Origin: Rhodoferax sp. UBA4127
GTDB taxonomy: Bacteria > Pseudomonadota > Gammaproteobacteria > Burkholderiales > Burkholderiaceae_C
Reading direction: 5' to 3'
Assembly: GCA_002381045.1 (NCBI GenBank)
Contig: DFWT01000068.1
Location: forward strand, 6,437-42,070
Length of the DNA: 35,634 nt
The notes beneath the pieces were generated by a model. That model saw only the letters and a list, made by a program, of their open reading frames with translations. It made no database searches and was not told the DNA's origin. Shown here in pieces: positions 1-10,256 of this stretch (positions within the stretch are counted from its first letter, which is position 1; every line of letters begins with the position of its first letter). The position numbers and the translations under genes were made by a program.

Positions 1-494
1 GGGCGGCTGTAGCGCATGGTGTCAAAGGCTTCTTCGGCACCCGGGAAATGACCATCAACCGCAGTGCGGCGACCACGTGGCTGGCCAAAGTAAATATCAC
101 CCGTCAATTCACGGATGATCAAAATGTCAAGACCGGCCACCAACTCTGGTTTCAGGCTGGAGGCACCCACCAACTGCTCGTAGCAAATGGCCGGGCGAAA
201 GTTGGCAAACAGCCCCATGTGTTTGCGCAGTCCCAAAATGGCTTGTTCGGGGCGCAGAGGCCGGTCCAGCGTGTCGTATTTCCAGTCACCAACCGCGCCA
301 AACAGGACGGCGTCGGCGGCCATGGCCAGCTTTAATGTCGATTCCGGCAAAGGGTGGCCATGGGCGTCGTAGGCGGCGCCACCCACCAACGCGGTTTCCA
401 TTTCAAACTTAAGGTCAAGTGCCTGGAGGACTTTGACGGCTTCAGCCACAATTTCTGTGCCGATGCCGTCGCCTGGAAGAACTGCAATTTTCAT
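1..494 (-). CDS. leuB: 3-isopropylmalate dehydrogenase, 5' part (runs off window edge; absent from ORF track)
   Basis: Manual translation from ATG at 494: [23 protein letters not shown]...[22 protein letters not shown]...[16 protein letters not shown]; follows leuD. Confidence 0.96.
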   Translation of the reverse strand, partial: MKIAVLPGDGIGTEIVAEAVKVLQALDLKFEMETALVGGAAYDAHGHPLPESTLKLAMAADAVLFGAVGDWKYDTLDRPLRPEQAILGLRKHMGLFANFRPAICYEQLVGASSLKPELVAGLDILIIRELTGDIYFGQPRGRRTAVDGHFPGAEEAFDTMRYSR

Positions 495-608
495 TTTTTT
501 GGATTGAGCGTTTGGCTGCTTTGAGGTTGAAGCCGATTTGGAAGGAGAGTCGGAACCGATCCGAATCCGTTGGAATGCTTATCGAAAGTTCTTGTCTGAC
601 CACTCGCG

Positions 609-1265
609 TTATGCGCCGGGCAGCATGGTGTGCGCCAGCCATGGTTTGGTGGCCAGGCGTTCAGCCTCAAACACACTGATTTTTTCGCGCTGTCTCAGAG
701 TTAGCCCAATGTCGTCAAAACCATTGAGAAGGCAGTATTTTCGAAACGCCTGGACTTCAAATGAAATTTCTTCGCCCTGGGGCTTGACGACAACTTGGCG
801 CTCAAGGTCAACAGTCAATTGGTAGCCTGGAAAGGCAAGCACCGCGTCAAACAATTGGTTCACCACCGACTCTGGCAAAACAATGGGCAGCAGGCCATTT
901 TTAAAGCAGTTGTTAAAAAATATGTCGGCATAGCTGGGTGCAATCAATACACGAAAGCCGAACTGCTCAATCGCCCAGGGCGCGTGTTCGCGGCTTGAAC
1001 CGCACCCAAAATTTTTGCGGGCCAGCAGGATGGAGGCACCCGCATAACGTGGGAGGTTAAGCGAGAAATCGGGGTTAGGCTTGCGACTGCTGGCGTCTTG
1101 ACCGGGATAGCCCGCATCGAGGTAGCGCCACTCGTCAAACAGATTCTGACCAAAGCCGGTTTTGCGGATGGACTTGAGGAATTGCTTCGGAATGATGGCG
1201 TCGGTATCCACGTTCTCGCGGTCTATCGGCGCAACCAGGCCCTGGTGGACGGTGAACTTATTCAT
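609..1265 (-). CDS. leuD: 3-isopropylmalate dehydratase small subunit
   Basis: [41 protein letters not shown]. Confidence 0.97.
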   Translation of the reverse strand: MNKFTVHQGLVAPIDRENVDTDAIIPKQFLKSIRKTGFGQNLFDEWRYLDAGYPGQDASSRKPNPDFSLNLPRYAGASILLARKNFGCGSSREHAPWAIEQFGFRVLIAPSYADIFFNNCFKNGLLPIVLPESVVNQLFDAVLAFPGYQLTVDLERQVVVKPQGEEISFEVQAFRKYCLLNGFDDIGLTLRQREKISVFEAERLATKPWLAHTMLPGA

Positions 1266-1267
1266 GC

Positions 1268-1396
1268 TTACTTCTTTGCCGCATCTTCAATTTTTTCACC
1301 CGCCTTTTGAAGGTCTTGCCCAACGCCTTTGAGGGTGTTGCAGGCCGAGAGGGTGAGGGCCAGGGCCAGGAAAAATACGGTGATCAATTTGTTCAT
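1268..1396 (-). CDS. Entericidin EcnA/B family small lipoprotein, 42 aa (below ORF-track cutoff)
   Basis: [42 protein letters not shown]: lipobox LSAC plus the CNTxxGxGxDxxxxG entericidin pattern. Confidence 0.92.
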   Translation of the reverse strand: MNKLITVFFLALALTLSACNTLKGVGQDLQKAGEKIEDAAKK

Positions 1397-1411
1397 GACA
1401 GGCTCACTGGT

Positions 1412-2833
1412 TCAGACGAACTGACGGATATCGACGAAATGGCCATGCACGGCAGCGGCAGCGGCCATGGCTGGGCTGACCAGGTGGGTGCGGCCACCGG
1501 CACCTTGGCGGCCTTCAAAGTTGCGATTGCTGGTGCTTGCGCAGCGCTCGCCGGGTTCAAGCCGGTCGGCATTCATGGCCAGGCACATGCTGCAGCCCGG
1601 TTCACGCCACTCAAAGCCAGCGGCCTTGAAAATGTCGTGAAGACCCTCCCGTTCGGCTTGTTCTTTGACCAAACCAGAACCAGGGACAACCATCACCAGT
1701 TTGACGTTTTTGGCCATCTTGCGACCTAACTTTTTCACTACCGCAGCAGCTTCACGCATGTCTTCGATGCGGCTGTTGGTGCATGACCCGATGAATACTT
1801 TGTCGACATGGATGTCGTTCATGGCCTTGCCCGGCTCAAGGCCCATGTAGGTCAGGGCCCGCTCGATGGCCGCGCGTTTATTTGTGTCCTTTTCCTTTTC
1901 GGGATCGGGCACATGGGCATCAATGCCCAGCACCATTTCTGGCGAGGTGCCCCAGGTGACTTGCGGCAGGATCTGCGTGGCGTCAAGCTCTACCACGGCG
2001 TCAAAGAAGGCGTCCACATCCGATTGCAGGGTCTTCCAATAGGCCATGGCCATTTCCCACTCAACGCCGGTAGGAGCCAAGGGCCGACCCTTGACGTATT
2101 GAATGGTCTTGTCGTCCACTGCCACCAAGCCAGCCCGGGCGCCAGCTTCAATGGCCATGTTGCAGACGGTCATGCGTCCTTCCATGCTCAAAGCGCGAAT
2201 AGCCGTACCCGCAAATTCGATGGTGTAACCGGTGCCGCCCGCCGTGCCGATTTGGCCAATGATGGCCAACACAATGTCCTTGGCGGTACAAGCGCTGTGC
2301 AGTTGCCCGTCGACCCGGATCAGCATGTTCTTGGCCTTTTTGGCCAGAAGGGTTTGGGTGGCCATGACATGTTCCACCTCGCTGGTGCCAATGCCATGTG
2401 CCAATGCACCAAACGCCCCATGGGTGCTTGTGTGGCTGTCCCCGCAAACCACAGTCATGCCGGGAAGGGTTGCGCCACTCTCAGGTCCGATTACATGGAC
2501 GATGCCCTGGCGACGCGACATGAACGGAAAGTAGGCAGCGGCGCCATACTCAGTGATATTGGCATCCAGCGTCATCACTTGCTCTTTGCTGGTGGCATCG
2601 GTGATGCCGTCATAACCCAACTCCCAGCCGGTAGTCGGTGTGTTGTGGTCGGCGGTGGCGACGATGGAACTGACGCGCCACACCTTGCGACCCGCTTGAC
2701 GAATGCCTTCAAACGCCTGCGGACTGGTGACCTCGTGGACCAGGTGCCGGTCAATGTAGAGCAGAGTGGTGCCGTCGTCCTCGGTGTGGACGACATGCTC
2801 GTTCCAAATTTTGTCGTATAGGGTGAGTCCCAT
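1412..2833 (-). CDS. leuC: 3-isopropylmalate dehydratase large subunit
   Basis: [58 protein letters not shown]. Confidence 0.98.
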   Translation of the reverse strand: MGLTLYDKIWNEHVVHTEDDGTTLLYIDRHLVHEVTSPQAFEGIRQAGRKVWRVSSIVATADHNTPTTGWELGYDGITDATSKEQVMTLDANITEYGAAAYFPFMSRRQGIVHVIGPESGATLPGMTVVCGDSHTSTHGAFGALAHGIGTSEVEHVMATQTLLAKKAKNMLIRVDGQLHSACTAKDIVLAIIGQIGTAGGTGYTIEFAGTAIRALSMEGRMTVCNMAIEAGARAGLVAVDDKTIQYVKGRPLAPTGVEWEMAMAYWKTLQSDVDAFFDAVVELDATQILPQVTWGTSPEMVLGIDAHVPDPEKEKDTNKRAAIERALTYMGLEPGKAMNDIHVDKVFIGSCTNSRIEDMREAAAVVKKLGRKMAKNVKLVMVVPGSGLVKEQAEREGLHDIFKAAGFEWREPGCSMCLAMNADRLEPGERCASTSNRNFEGRQGAGGRTHLVSPAMAAAAAVHGHFVDIRQFV

Positions 2834-2893
2834 CTGGGTTCCTTGATAAGCCCGCGATTTTAAGCGGCCACACTTTTGGGTTACATCACAAAT

Positions 2894-2927
2894 AAAAAAC
2901 CCGCCGGTGTTGCCAGCCGGCGGGTTT
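2894..2927 (-). terminator. Rho-independent terminator after gltA
   Basis: Stem AAACCCGCCGG/CCGGCGGGTTT (2897-2927), followed by a T-run on the minus strand. Confidence 0.88.
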
Positions 2928-2944
2928 GGAGAAAAGACCCTGGC

Positions 2945-4255
2945 TTAGCGTTCGCCGATGGGCTTGACGTTGCGCGTGACCGAGCCGGTGAACAATTGAC
3001 GGGGTCGGCCAATTTTGTACTCGGGATCGCTGATCATTTCGTTCAACTGTGCAATCCATCCGACGGTGCGGGCCAAAGTGAAGATTCCAGTGAACAAATT
3101 GACCGGGACGCCAATGGCGCGCTGAACGATGCCGGAGTAGAAATCGACGTTCGGGTACAACTTGCGGGAAACGAAGTATTCGTCTTCGAGCGCAATTTTT
3201 TCCAGCTCTTTGGCCAGCTTGAACAAGGGGTCGTTTTCCAGACCCAACTCGGCCAGCACTTCGTTGCAGGTTTCTTGCATCAACTTGGCACGTGGGTCGT
3301 AGTTTTTGTAAACGCGGTGACCAAAACCCATCAGCTTGACGCCAGAATTTTTGTCTTTGACCTGTTCCATGAACTGGCCCACTTTGGCCACACCGCCTTG
3401 GCGCTGGATGTCTTCCAGCATGTTCAAGCAGGCTTCATTGGCGCCACCGTGGGCTGGACCCCACAAGCAAGCCACACCGGCTGCGATCGCAGCAAACGGG
3501 TTGGTACCTGATGAGCCGCACAAACGCACCGTGGAGGTTGACGCGTTTTGCTCATGGTCAGCATGCAAGATAAAGATGCGGTCCATGGCGCGTTCAATCA
3601 CCGGGTTGACCACATACTCTTCGCAGGGTGTGCCAAACATCATGCGCAGGAAATTACCAGAGTAACTCAGGTCATTCTTCGGGTACATGAATGGTTGACC
3701 AATGCCATATTTGTAGGCCATGGCCACCAAAGTTGGCATCTTGGCAATCAGGCGGATGGCCGCCACGTCACGATGCTCGGGGTTGTTGATGTCAGTGCTG
3801 TCATGGTAGAACGCTGACAATGCACCCACCAGACCAGTCAAGACCGCCATCGGGTGGGCATCACGGCGGAAACCGCGCAGGAAGAACTGCATTTGCTCGT
3901 TGACCATCGTGTGGTTGATCACAAGCTTATGAAAGGCCTGGCGGTCTTTCTGGTTGGGCAGTTCACCTTTAAGCAGCAGGTAGCAGGTATCCAGGTAGTC
4001 GCACTGGGTAGCCAACTGTTCAATCGGGTAACCACGATAAAGCAATTCACCTTTGTCGCCATCGATATACGTGATGGCCGATTGACACGACGCGGTGGAC
4101 AAAAAGCCCGGGTCGTAAGTGAACATGCCTGTTTGGCCGTAGAGCTTGCGGATGTCGATGACATCCGGACCCACGTTGCCGTGATAAACCGGCAAATCAA
4201 TGCTCGGGCTGCCGTTGCTGAACGACAGGGTGGCTTTGTTCTCAGCTAGCTTCAT
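2945..4255 (-). CDS. gltA: Type II citrate synthase
   Basis: [52 protein letters not shown]. Confidence 0.98.
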   Translation of the reverse strand: MKLAENKATLSFSNGSPSIDLPVYHGNVGPDVIDIRKLYGQTGMFTYDPGFLSTASCQSAITYIDGDKGELLYRGYPIEQLATQCDYLDTCYLLLKGELPNQKDRQAFHKLVINHTMVNEQMQFFLRGFRRDAHPMAVLTGLVGALSAFYHDSTDINNPEHRDVAAIRLIAKMPTLVAMAYKYGIGQPFMYPKNDLSYSGNFLRMMFGTPCEEYVVNPVIERAMDRIFILHADHEQNASTSTVRLCGSSGTNPFAAIAAGVACLWGPAHGGANEACLNMLEDIQRQGGVAKVGQFMEQVKDKNSGVKLMGFGHRVYKNYDPRAKLMQETCNEVLAELGLENDPLFKLAKELEKIALEDEYFVSRKLYPNVDFYSGIVQRAIGVPVNLFTGIFTLARTVGWIAQLNEMISDPEYKIGRPRQLFTGSVTRNVKPIGER

Positions 4256-4554
4256 ATCGACCTTTCAGATGGTTCTCTCAACATGGATAAAACTTCGCGG
4301 ACATCTTCCTGCACCAGACTTGGGTCCACCTGCACCAAGGTTTTACGTCCCAGGTGCAAATCGAGCAGATCAGAATCACTCAAATCCATTAGAACGTTTA
4401 GACCTTGCGCTTGCTTGACAGTGAGCTTGGCTTCAAAGCGGTGGAAGAAGCGTTGAATAAAGAGGTCATTTTCAAGCAAACCCCGTCGACAACGCCACTT
4501 GAGTTTGCTCAAGCTGCGCTCGTCGAGCAGTGCGTCAGGTAGAACCATTTCCAC
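4252..4554 (-). CDS. sdhE: Succinate dehydrogenase FAD assembly factor (start may be ATG at 4548)
   Basis: [15 protein letters not shown] (RGxxE motif); lies between sdhB and gltA. Confidence 0.92.
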   Translation of the reverse strand: MEMVLPDALLDERSLSKLKWRCRRGLLENDLFIQRFFHRFEAKLTVKQAQGLNVLMDLSDSDLLDLHLGRKTLVQVDPSLVQEDVREVLSMLREPSERSI

Positions 4555-4569
4555 TGGGGTTAAAGACGT

Positions 4570-5274
4570 TTAGATGGCGCGACGCACCATCAACTCTTTG
4601 ATTTTGCCAATGGCTTTGGTGGGATTCAGACCTTTCGGGCACACATCCACACAATTCATGATGGTGGTGCAACGGAACAACCGATAAGGATCTTCCAGAT
4701 TGTCCAGACGTTCGGAGGTGGATTCATCGCGGCTGTCGGCGATGAAACGGTAGGCTTGCAGCAGGCCAGCAGGGCCGACGAACTTGTCAGGATTCCACCA
4801 GAACACCGGGCAACTGGTGGAGCAGCAGGCACACAAAATGCACTCATAAAGCCCATTGAGTTCATCTCGCTCTTCCGGGCTTTGCAGACGCTCTTTTTCG
4901 GGTGGTCGGGTTTCGTTGACCAGGTAAGGCTTGATCGAGTGGTACTGCTTGAAGAACAGGGTCATGTCGACGATCAAGTCGCGCACCACTGGCAAACCTG
5001 GCAAAGGTTTGAGAACGATGGTGTCGGGCAGGGTTCGCATATTGACCAGGCAAGCCAGACCATTTTTGCCATTGATGTTCATGGCGTCCGAGCCGCAAAT
5101 GCCTTCACGGCAGGAACGACGATATGAAAAAGTGGGGTCCAGCGCCTTTAGCTTCGTCAACACGTCAAGCAACATGCGCTCGCTGCCATCGAGTTCGAGT
5201 TCGATGGTTTGCATATAGGGCTTGGCATCGGTGTCTGGGTTGTAGCGGTAAATTTGGAAAGTGCGTTTTGCCAT
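4570..5274 (-). CDS. sdhB: Succinate dehydrogenase iron-sulfur subunit
   Basis: SCREGICGSD, CILCACCSTSCP and CxxIMNCVDVCP Fe-S motifs. Confidence 0.98.
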   Translation of the reverse strand: MAKRTFQIYRYNPDTDAKPYMQTIELELDGSERMLLDVLTKLKALDPTFSYRRSCREGICGSDAMNINGKNGLACLVNMRTLPDTIVLKPLPGLPVVRDLIVDMTLFFKQYHSIKPYLVNETRPPEKERLQSPEERDELNGLYECILCACCSTSCPVFWWNPDKFVGPAGLLQAYRFIADSRDESTSERLDNLEDPYRLFRCTTIMNCVDVCPKGLNPTKAIGKIKELMVRRAI

Positions 5275-5348
5275 GATGAGCTTTCGTATTCGTTTGGATT
5301 CAGAAGTTCAGGATCTCGGGCGTACAGATCGGTCCGCCCGGCAAGACA

Positions 5349-7154
5349 TCAGAACGTCCGCACTTTCGGTGGCACCGAGGCTACCGTCAGCGGTTTGAGG
5401 TTAACTGGCTTGTAGCTCAGGCTGTTGGTTTCTTTGTCCCACAGGGTGTGTTTGAGCCAATTTGCATCATCGCGGCCCAGCGGGCAAGTGGCATCGTCAG
5501 CAGGGCGGTCGTAATCAAGGACCGTGTGTGCACCGCGGCACTCTTTGCGTGCAGCAGCGGACACCATGGTGGCTTGTGCCGCCTCAATCATGTTGTCGAC
5601 CTCTAGTGCCTCGATGCGCGCGGTGTTAAAGATTTTCGACTTGTCGGCCAGGGTAATGTTGGACACACGCTCGCGCATGGCGGCAATCTTGACCACGCCT
5701 TCGTCCATGCTGGCTTGCGTGCGGAACACGCTGGCGTGGTTCTGCATAACGTTGCGAATATTGTCTGCCACAACCTGAGCGTACTCACCGGTTTTGGTGT
5801 TGTCTAGTCGGTTGACGCGCTCCAGGGAAATGTCAGCACCGTTGGCTGGGATGTCTTTATGTACATCGTTTTCATTGTTGAATTCAACGATGTGTTTACC
5901 GGCAGCGCGGCCAAACACCACGATATCAAGCAGAGAATTGGTTCCCAGGCGGTTGGCGCCATGCACGCTGACGCAGGCACATTCGCCGACAGCATACAGG
6001 CCCTTGACTACAGCCGAGGGGTTGCCATTCTTCGGCGCAACCACCTGGCCATTGATGTTTGTGGGAATGCCACCCATTTGGTAGTGGATGGTCGGCACCA
6101 CTGGAATGGGCTCTTTGGTGATGTCCACATTGGCGAAATTGTGGCCAATCTCTTGCACGCTGGGCAATCGAAGCGCGATTGTTTCTGCGCCTAGGTGGGT
6201 CATGTCCAAATTGATATAGCTCTTGTTGGGACCGCAGCCACGGCCTTCCTTGATTTCCTGGTCCATGCAGCGCGACACAAAGTCACGTGGAGCCAGATCT
6301 TTCATCGTGGGTGCATAACGCTCCATGAAGCGCTCGCCGTTGCTGTTGCGCAAAATCGCGCCTTCACCACGGCAGCCTTCGGTGAGCAACACACCCGCAC
6401 CGGCCACGCCGGTCGGGTGAAACTGCCAGAACTCCATGTCTTGCAATGGGATGCCAGCGCGCGCCGCCATGCCCAGGCCGTCGCCAGTGTTGATGAAAGC
6501 GTTGGTAGAGGCCGCAAAGATACGGCCTGCGCCCCCAGAGGCCAGCATCACCGTCTTGGCTTGAAGGATATGAATTTCACCGGTTTCCATTTCCAATGCA
6601 GTTACGCCGACCACATCGCCTTCCGCATCACGGATCAAATCCAGCGCCATCCATTCCACAAAGAAGTTGGTGCGGGCTTTGACGTTTTGCTGGTACAGCG
6701 TATGCAGCATGGCGTGACCGGTGCGGTCGGCTGCGGCACACGCGCGCTGCACTGGTTTTTCACCGTAGTTGCTCGAGTGGCCACCAAAGGGGCGCTGGTA
6801 AATGGTGCCGTCGGGGTTGCGGTCAAAGGGCATGCCAAAGTGTTCCAGCTCATACACCACTTTGGGCGCTTCACGGCACATGAATTCGATGGCATCCTGA
6901 TCGCCCAGCCAGTCTGACCCTTTGATCGTGTCGTAAAAATGGAAGTGCCAGTTGTCTTCCGCCATGTTGCCCAAGCTGGCGCCAATGCCACCCTGTGCCG
7001 CCACGGTGTGGGAGCGTGTTGGGAAAACTTTGGTGAGCACAGCGACATTGAGACCGGCGTTTGACAAGCGCAATGAGGCGCTCATCCCGGCACCGCCTGC
7101 GCCGACGATCACAGCATCGAATTTGCGCTTGGTAAGTTTGGAAGTTGCAGTCAT
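5349..7154 (-). CDS. sdhA: Succinate dehydrogenase flavoprotein subunit
   Basis: GAGGAG, RSHTVAAQGG (FAD-His), QFHPTG, HYQMGG, HGANRLGTNSL. Confidence 0.98.
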   Translation of the reverse strand: MTATSKLTKRKFDAVIVGAGGAGMSASLRLSNAGLNVAVLTKVFPTRSHTVAAQGGIGASLGNMAEDNWHFHFYDTIKGSDWLGDQDAIEFMCREAPKVVYELEHFGMPFDRNPDGTIYQRPFGGHSSNYGEKPVQRACAAADRTGHAMLHTLYQQNVKARTNFFVEWMALDLIRDAEGDVVGVTALEMETGEIHILQAKTVMLASGGAGRIFAASTNAFINTGDGLGMAARAGIPLQDMEFWQFHPTGVAGAGVLLTEGCRGEGAILRNSNGERFMERYAPTMKDLAPRDFVSRCMDQEIKEGRGCGPNKSYINLDMTHLGAETIALRLPSVQEIGHNFANVDITKEPIPVVPTIHYQMGGIPTNINGQVVAPKNGNPSAVVKGLYAVGECACVSVHGANRLGTNSLLDIVVFGRAAGKHIVEFNNENDVHKDIPANGADISLERVNRLDNTKTGEYAQVVADNIRNVMQNHASVFRTQASMDEGVVKIAAMRERVSNITLADKSKIFNTARIEALEVDNMIEAAQATMVSAAARKECRGAHTVLDYDRPADDATCPLGRDDANWLKHTLWDKETNSLSYKPVNLKPLTVASVPPKVRTF

Positions 7155-7234
7155 GATGTATTTACTTGGTTATGGAATCCTGCAAAGTGCCTTTAAGTCG
7201 GCTTCTCTGCAATGAATGAATGGATCGACTTGCC

Positions 7235-7603
7235 TTACAAGCGCCACAGCACTTGAACTGCCCAACCTGCACAGGCGACCAGCCAAGCGATCGCAAACAC
7301 GTGCATCACAAAGCGAACTGCATAGGGCTTGACGTAGTCCATGAAGATGTTGCGCATGCCAATCCACACATGAAAGAGCATGGAAAGAATCACCAGAAAG
7401 GTCAGCGACTTCATCCACTGCGAGGCAAAAATACCCGCCCACAGTTCATAGCCGATTGGGCCCTTGGTAAAAATCAGTTGTGCAAGCACCAATACCGTGA
7501 AAAGTGCCATGAAGACCGCAGTGACGCGCTGGGACAACCAGTCACGCATGCCGTAATGCGCACCAACAACCGTGCGATGGGAACCGTAGTTAACAGATGA
7601 CAT
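7235..7603 (-). CDS. sdhD: Succinate dehydrogenase hydrophobic membrane anchor
   Basis: DWLSQRVTA, HxWIG, DYVK; three hydrophobic segments; operon position. Confidence 0.94.
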   Translation of the reverse strand: MSSVNYGSHRTVVGAHYGMRDWLSQRVTAVFMALFTVLVLAQLIFTKGPIGYELWAGIFASQWMKSLTFLVILSMLFHVWIGMRNIFMDYVKPYAVRFVMHVFAIAWLVACAGWAVQVLWRL

Positions 7604-7617
7604 GTGGTACTCCTGAA

Positions 7618-8061
7618 TCAGTAAAGACCGAAAAGCTTGGCACCGAGCACCAAGGTCAGCGTGAGGGTGGCCAAGAGGACGACGGCAGCCGATTGGCGGC
7701 CAATGTCCTTGGTTACGTGTTCATGGTGGGTATCCATCCAGAGATGGCGCATTCCGGCGATGAAATGGTGCAGACTGGCCCAGATCAGGCCCAAGGCCAC
7801 CAGCTTCCACATGAATCCTGGTAGGCCCAGCATGCCAATGTTGAAGGCGGCCTTGAATTTGGAAAAGGAGATTTCTGAGGAAATCGAGTTGTCAAACATC
7901 CAGATGATGAAAGGCATCAGGAAAAACATGATGGCGCCGCTGACACGGTGCATGCCCGACGCCAGAGAGGCCAATGGCCAGCGAAGCGTTCGCAGGTTGG
8001 AAAATTCGATGTTGCGAAATTCGGGTCGGGGTTTGCTTGGGCTGGTCGCTGATTCGGACAT
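7618..8061 (-). CDS. sdhC: Succinate dehydrogenase cytochrome b556 subunit (start placed at ATG 8061)
   Basis: RPEFRNI, SxxHRVSG, HHFIAGMRHLWMD. Confidence 0.94.
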   Translation of the reverse strand: MSESATSPSKPRPEFRNIEFSNLRTLRWPLASLASGMHRVSGAIMFFLMPFIIWMFDNSISSEISFSKFKAAFNIGMLGLPGFMWKLVALGLIWASLHHFIAGMRHLWMDTHHEHVTKDIGRQSAAVVLLATLTLTLVLGAKLFGLY

Positions 8062-8269
8062 ACGATGCTTTCTTGGTTTGATATCAGGTTTGCACAACAA
8101 CGAGGTGAGCGGATCGGCTCAGGTAATCGGAAATTCTATTGCAATGCTGCAGGTGCCGCCGCGCCAGAGCCGATGTAACTTCATTGTGATAGGTCAATAT
8201 TTATCGCTTTAACCTGAACCCAAGCTTGCCAGCGTAAACGTACTTTAAGCTGACGCACGGCTAAGTTGT

Positions 8270-9070
8270 TTAACCCAATGTGTTGTGGTAGTGGTGAGAC
8301 TCGGTCCGATAGTAGCCGCGGCGCAGCTCCATCGGTTCATCCCTGTAGGTGTAGGCGGTTCGCTCCACGCTGAGCAACGGCATGCCACGCTTCACTTTCA
8401 GTAGCTCTTCATGCAGATTTGACGCGGGTATGGCACGTATTTTCTCTTCAGCCCTGACCATGCGTACATTGAACTCGGTCTCAAACAGGGCGTACATGGG
8501 GCCTTGGTAGTTGGCCAGTCGCTCCGCGGTCAAGCCTTTAAAGGGAGCTGCCGGCAGCCAGATGTCTTCCAGGATGATGGGTGTGCCGCCAAAACTCAGC
8601 ACCCGCTTTAGCTGCAACACGGTGTCGCCAGCGCGCAGTGCCAGTGCTCGTGCGACGTCCGCGCTGGCGCGCCCGCGCTTGCATTCAATGATGTCTCGTT
8701 GGGCAGGGCCTTCGCTGCCGCGGGTGCCGCTGTCGGGCGCCAATTTAAGAAAGCGAAACTGCACCTGTTGCTCGGCGTGGGTCGCGACAAAGGTGCCTCG
8801 GCCCTGACGGCGCAGCAGCAGATTTTCGGAGGCTAATTCATCCACCGCTTTGCGCACGGTGCCTTGGCTAACCCGAAAGCGCGCGGCCAGATCCATTTCA
8901 CTGGGGATGGCCTCGCCCGGCTTCCATTCGCCAGCCCGCAGGCTATTCAAGATTAAACCCTTGATTTGTTGATACAAGGGGCTGAAGGCGGGCGTGGACA
9001 AGGCGAATTCCGCGCTGGTTTCAACCGCCAAAGCGGGGCTGTCGCCGGCAAGGTCAGGTGCAGATTGCAT
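8270..9070 (-). CDS. GntR/HutC-family regulator with wHTH and UTRA domains, SdhR-type (start uncertain: 9070 vs 9115)
   Basis: PLYQQIK...IPSEMDLAARFRVSQGTVRKAVDEL...RRQGRGTFV; UTRA-like C-terminus; located between mdh and sdhC. Confidence 0.92.
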   Translation of the reverse strand: MQSAPDLAGDSPALAVETSAEFALSTPAFSPLYQQIKGLILNSLRAGEWKPGEAIPSEMDLAARFRVSQGTVRKAVDELASENLLLRRQGRGTFVATHAEQQVQFRFLKLAPDSGTRGSEGPAQRDIIECKRGRASADVARALALRAGDTVLQLKRVLSFGGTPIILEDIWLPAAPFKGLTAERLANYQGPMYALFETEFNVRMVRAEEKIRAIPASNLHEELLKVKRGMPLLSVERTAYTYRDEPMELRRGYYRTESHHYHNTLG

Positions 9071-9109
9071 GCTGTTTTGTCTCCGATTTTTTATGCCATC
9101 GTGTTTGCG

Positions 9110-9136
9110 AATCATATCTTATATAAGACATAAGAC
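9110..9136. promoter_or_regulatory. Palindromic operator, probable SdhR site
   Basis: Perfect palindrome TCTTATATAAGA (9117-9128) extended by a direct repeat ATAAGAC-ATAAGAC (9123-9136); overlaps TATGAT on the minus strand (9116-9111). Confidence 0.75.
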
Positions 9137-9139
9137 AAG

Positions 9140-9169
9140 TTGACGAATTCGGGTTTTACAGATTACACT
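9140..9169 (+). promoter_or_regulatory. Sigma70-like promoter of mdh
   Basis: TTGACG (9140-9145), 18 nt, TACACT (9164-9169). Confidence 0.6.
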
Positions 9170-9245
9170 CGATTGGCTTGGCCTTCCGGCAAACTGTCGC
9201 CGATGTGCCAGCGGCTGAATTTTTTAACACTTTTGGAGTTTCAAC

Positions 9246-10232
9246 ATGAGCAAGAAGCCTGTCCGCGTCGCTGTCACTGGTGCAGCTGGTCAAATTGGTT
9301 ACGCCATTCTGTTTCGTATCGCCTCTGGCGAGATGCTGGGCAAAGATCAGCCGGTGGTGCTGAGTCTGTTGGAAGTGCCTGTCGAAAAGGCCCAGCAAGC
9401 TTTGCAGGGCGTGATGATGGAATTGCAAGATTGCGCCTTCCCGTTGCTGGTGGGCATGGAAGCCCACAGCGACCCCATGACCGCATTCAAGGATGTGGAC
9501 TACGCGCTGTTGATTGGCTCACGTCCACGGGGCCCAGGCATGGAGCGTGCCGAGTTGCTCGCCGTCAACGCTGAAATTTTCACTGCACAAGGCAAGGCCC
9601 TGAACGCGGTGGCCAGCCGCAATGTCAAGGTGCTCGTGGTGGGTAACCCCGCCAATACCAATGCATACATTGCCATGAAGAGCGCGCCGGATCTGCCCCG
9701 CAAGAACTTCACCGCCATGCTGCGCTTGGACCACAACCGTGCCTTGAGCCAACTCGCCAGCAAAACCGGCAAGGCTGTGGCAGACATCCAAAGCATGGCC
9801 GTGTGGGGCAACCATTCACCCACCATGTACGCCGATTACCGTTTTGCCACAGTGGACGGCAAGAGCGTGAAAGACATGATCAATGACCACGACTGGAATG
9901 CCAACACCTTTTTGCCGACAGTGGGCAAACGCGGTGCAGCCATCATTGCAGCGCGTGGTGTGTCATCGGCTGCTTCTGCGGCCAATGCAGCCATTGACCA
10001 CATGCATGATTGGGCACTTGGCACCAACGGCAAGTGGGTCACCATGGGCGTCCCTTCGAATGGTGAATACGGCATTCCTAAAGACGTGATGTTCGGCTTC
10101 CCTGTGACCTGCTCTGGCGGCGAATACAAACTCGTTGAAGGCCTGCCCATCGACGCATTCAGCCAGGAATGCATCAACAAGACCTTGAAAGAACTGCAAG
10201 ACGAACAAGCTGGCGTGGCGCATTTGCTGTAA
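9246..10232 (+). CDS. mdh: Malate dehydrogenase
   Basis: [34 protein letters not shown]; GGAG RBS upstream. Confidence 0.98.
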   Translation: MSKKPVRVAVTGAAGQIGYAILFRIASGEMLGKDQPVVLSLLEVPVEKAQQALQGVMMELQDCAFPLLVGMEAHSDPMTAFKDVDYALLIGSRPRGPGMERAELLAVNAEIFTAQGKALNAVASRNVKVLVVGNPANTNAYIAMKSAPDLPRKNFTAMLRLDHNRALSQLASKTGKAVADIQSMAVWGNHSPTMYADYRFATVDGKSVKDMINDHDWNANTFLPTVGKRGAAIIAARGVSSAASAANAAIDHMHDWALGTNGKWVTMGVPSNGEYGIPKDVMFGFPVTCSGGEYKLVEGLPIDAFSQECINKTLKELQDEQAGVAHLL

Positions 10233-10256
10233 ATTTCTCCGGCAAAAGTCAGGCTC

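Noticed and set aside
495-608. 114-bp leuD-leuB spacer as an attenuator or sRNA
   Set aside because: No Leu-rich leader peptide, terminator or convincing stem.
1808-2821. Long antisense or alternate-frame ORFs (e.g. 1808-2821, 11448-12305, 17191-18033, 19511-20329)
   Set aside because: Shadow ORFs typical of GC-rich coding DNA; they overlap well-supported genes and have no recognisable motifs.
4385-4430. CGC-TTGCTTGACA-GTGAGCTTGG in sdhE resembling the motif's right half
   Set aside because: No 17-bp palindrome, and the blocks are out of register.
8180-8210. GATA-N10-TATC upstream of sdhC as a Fur box
   Set aside because: Poor match and wrong length against the 19-bp Fur consensus.
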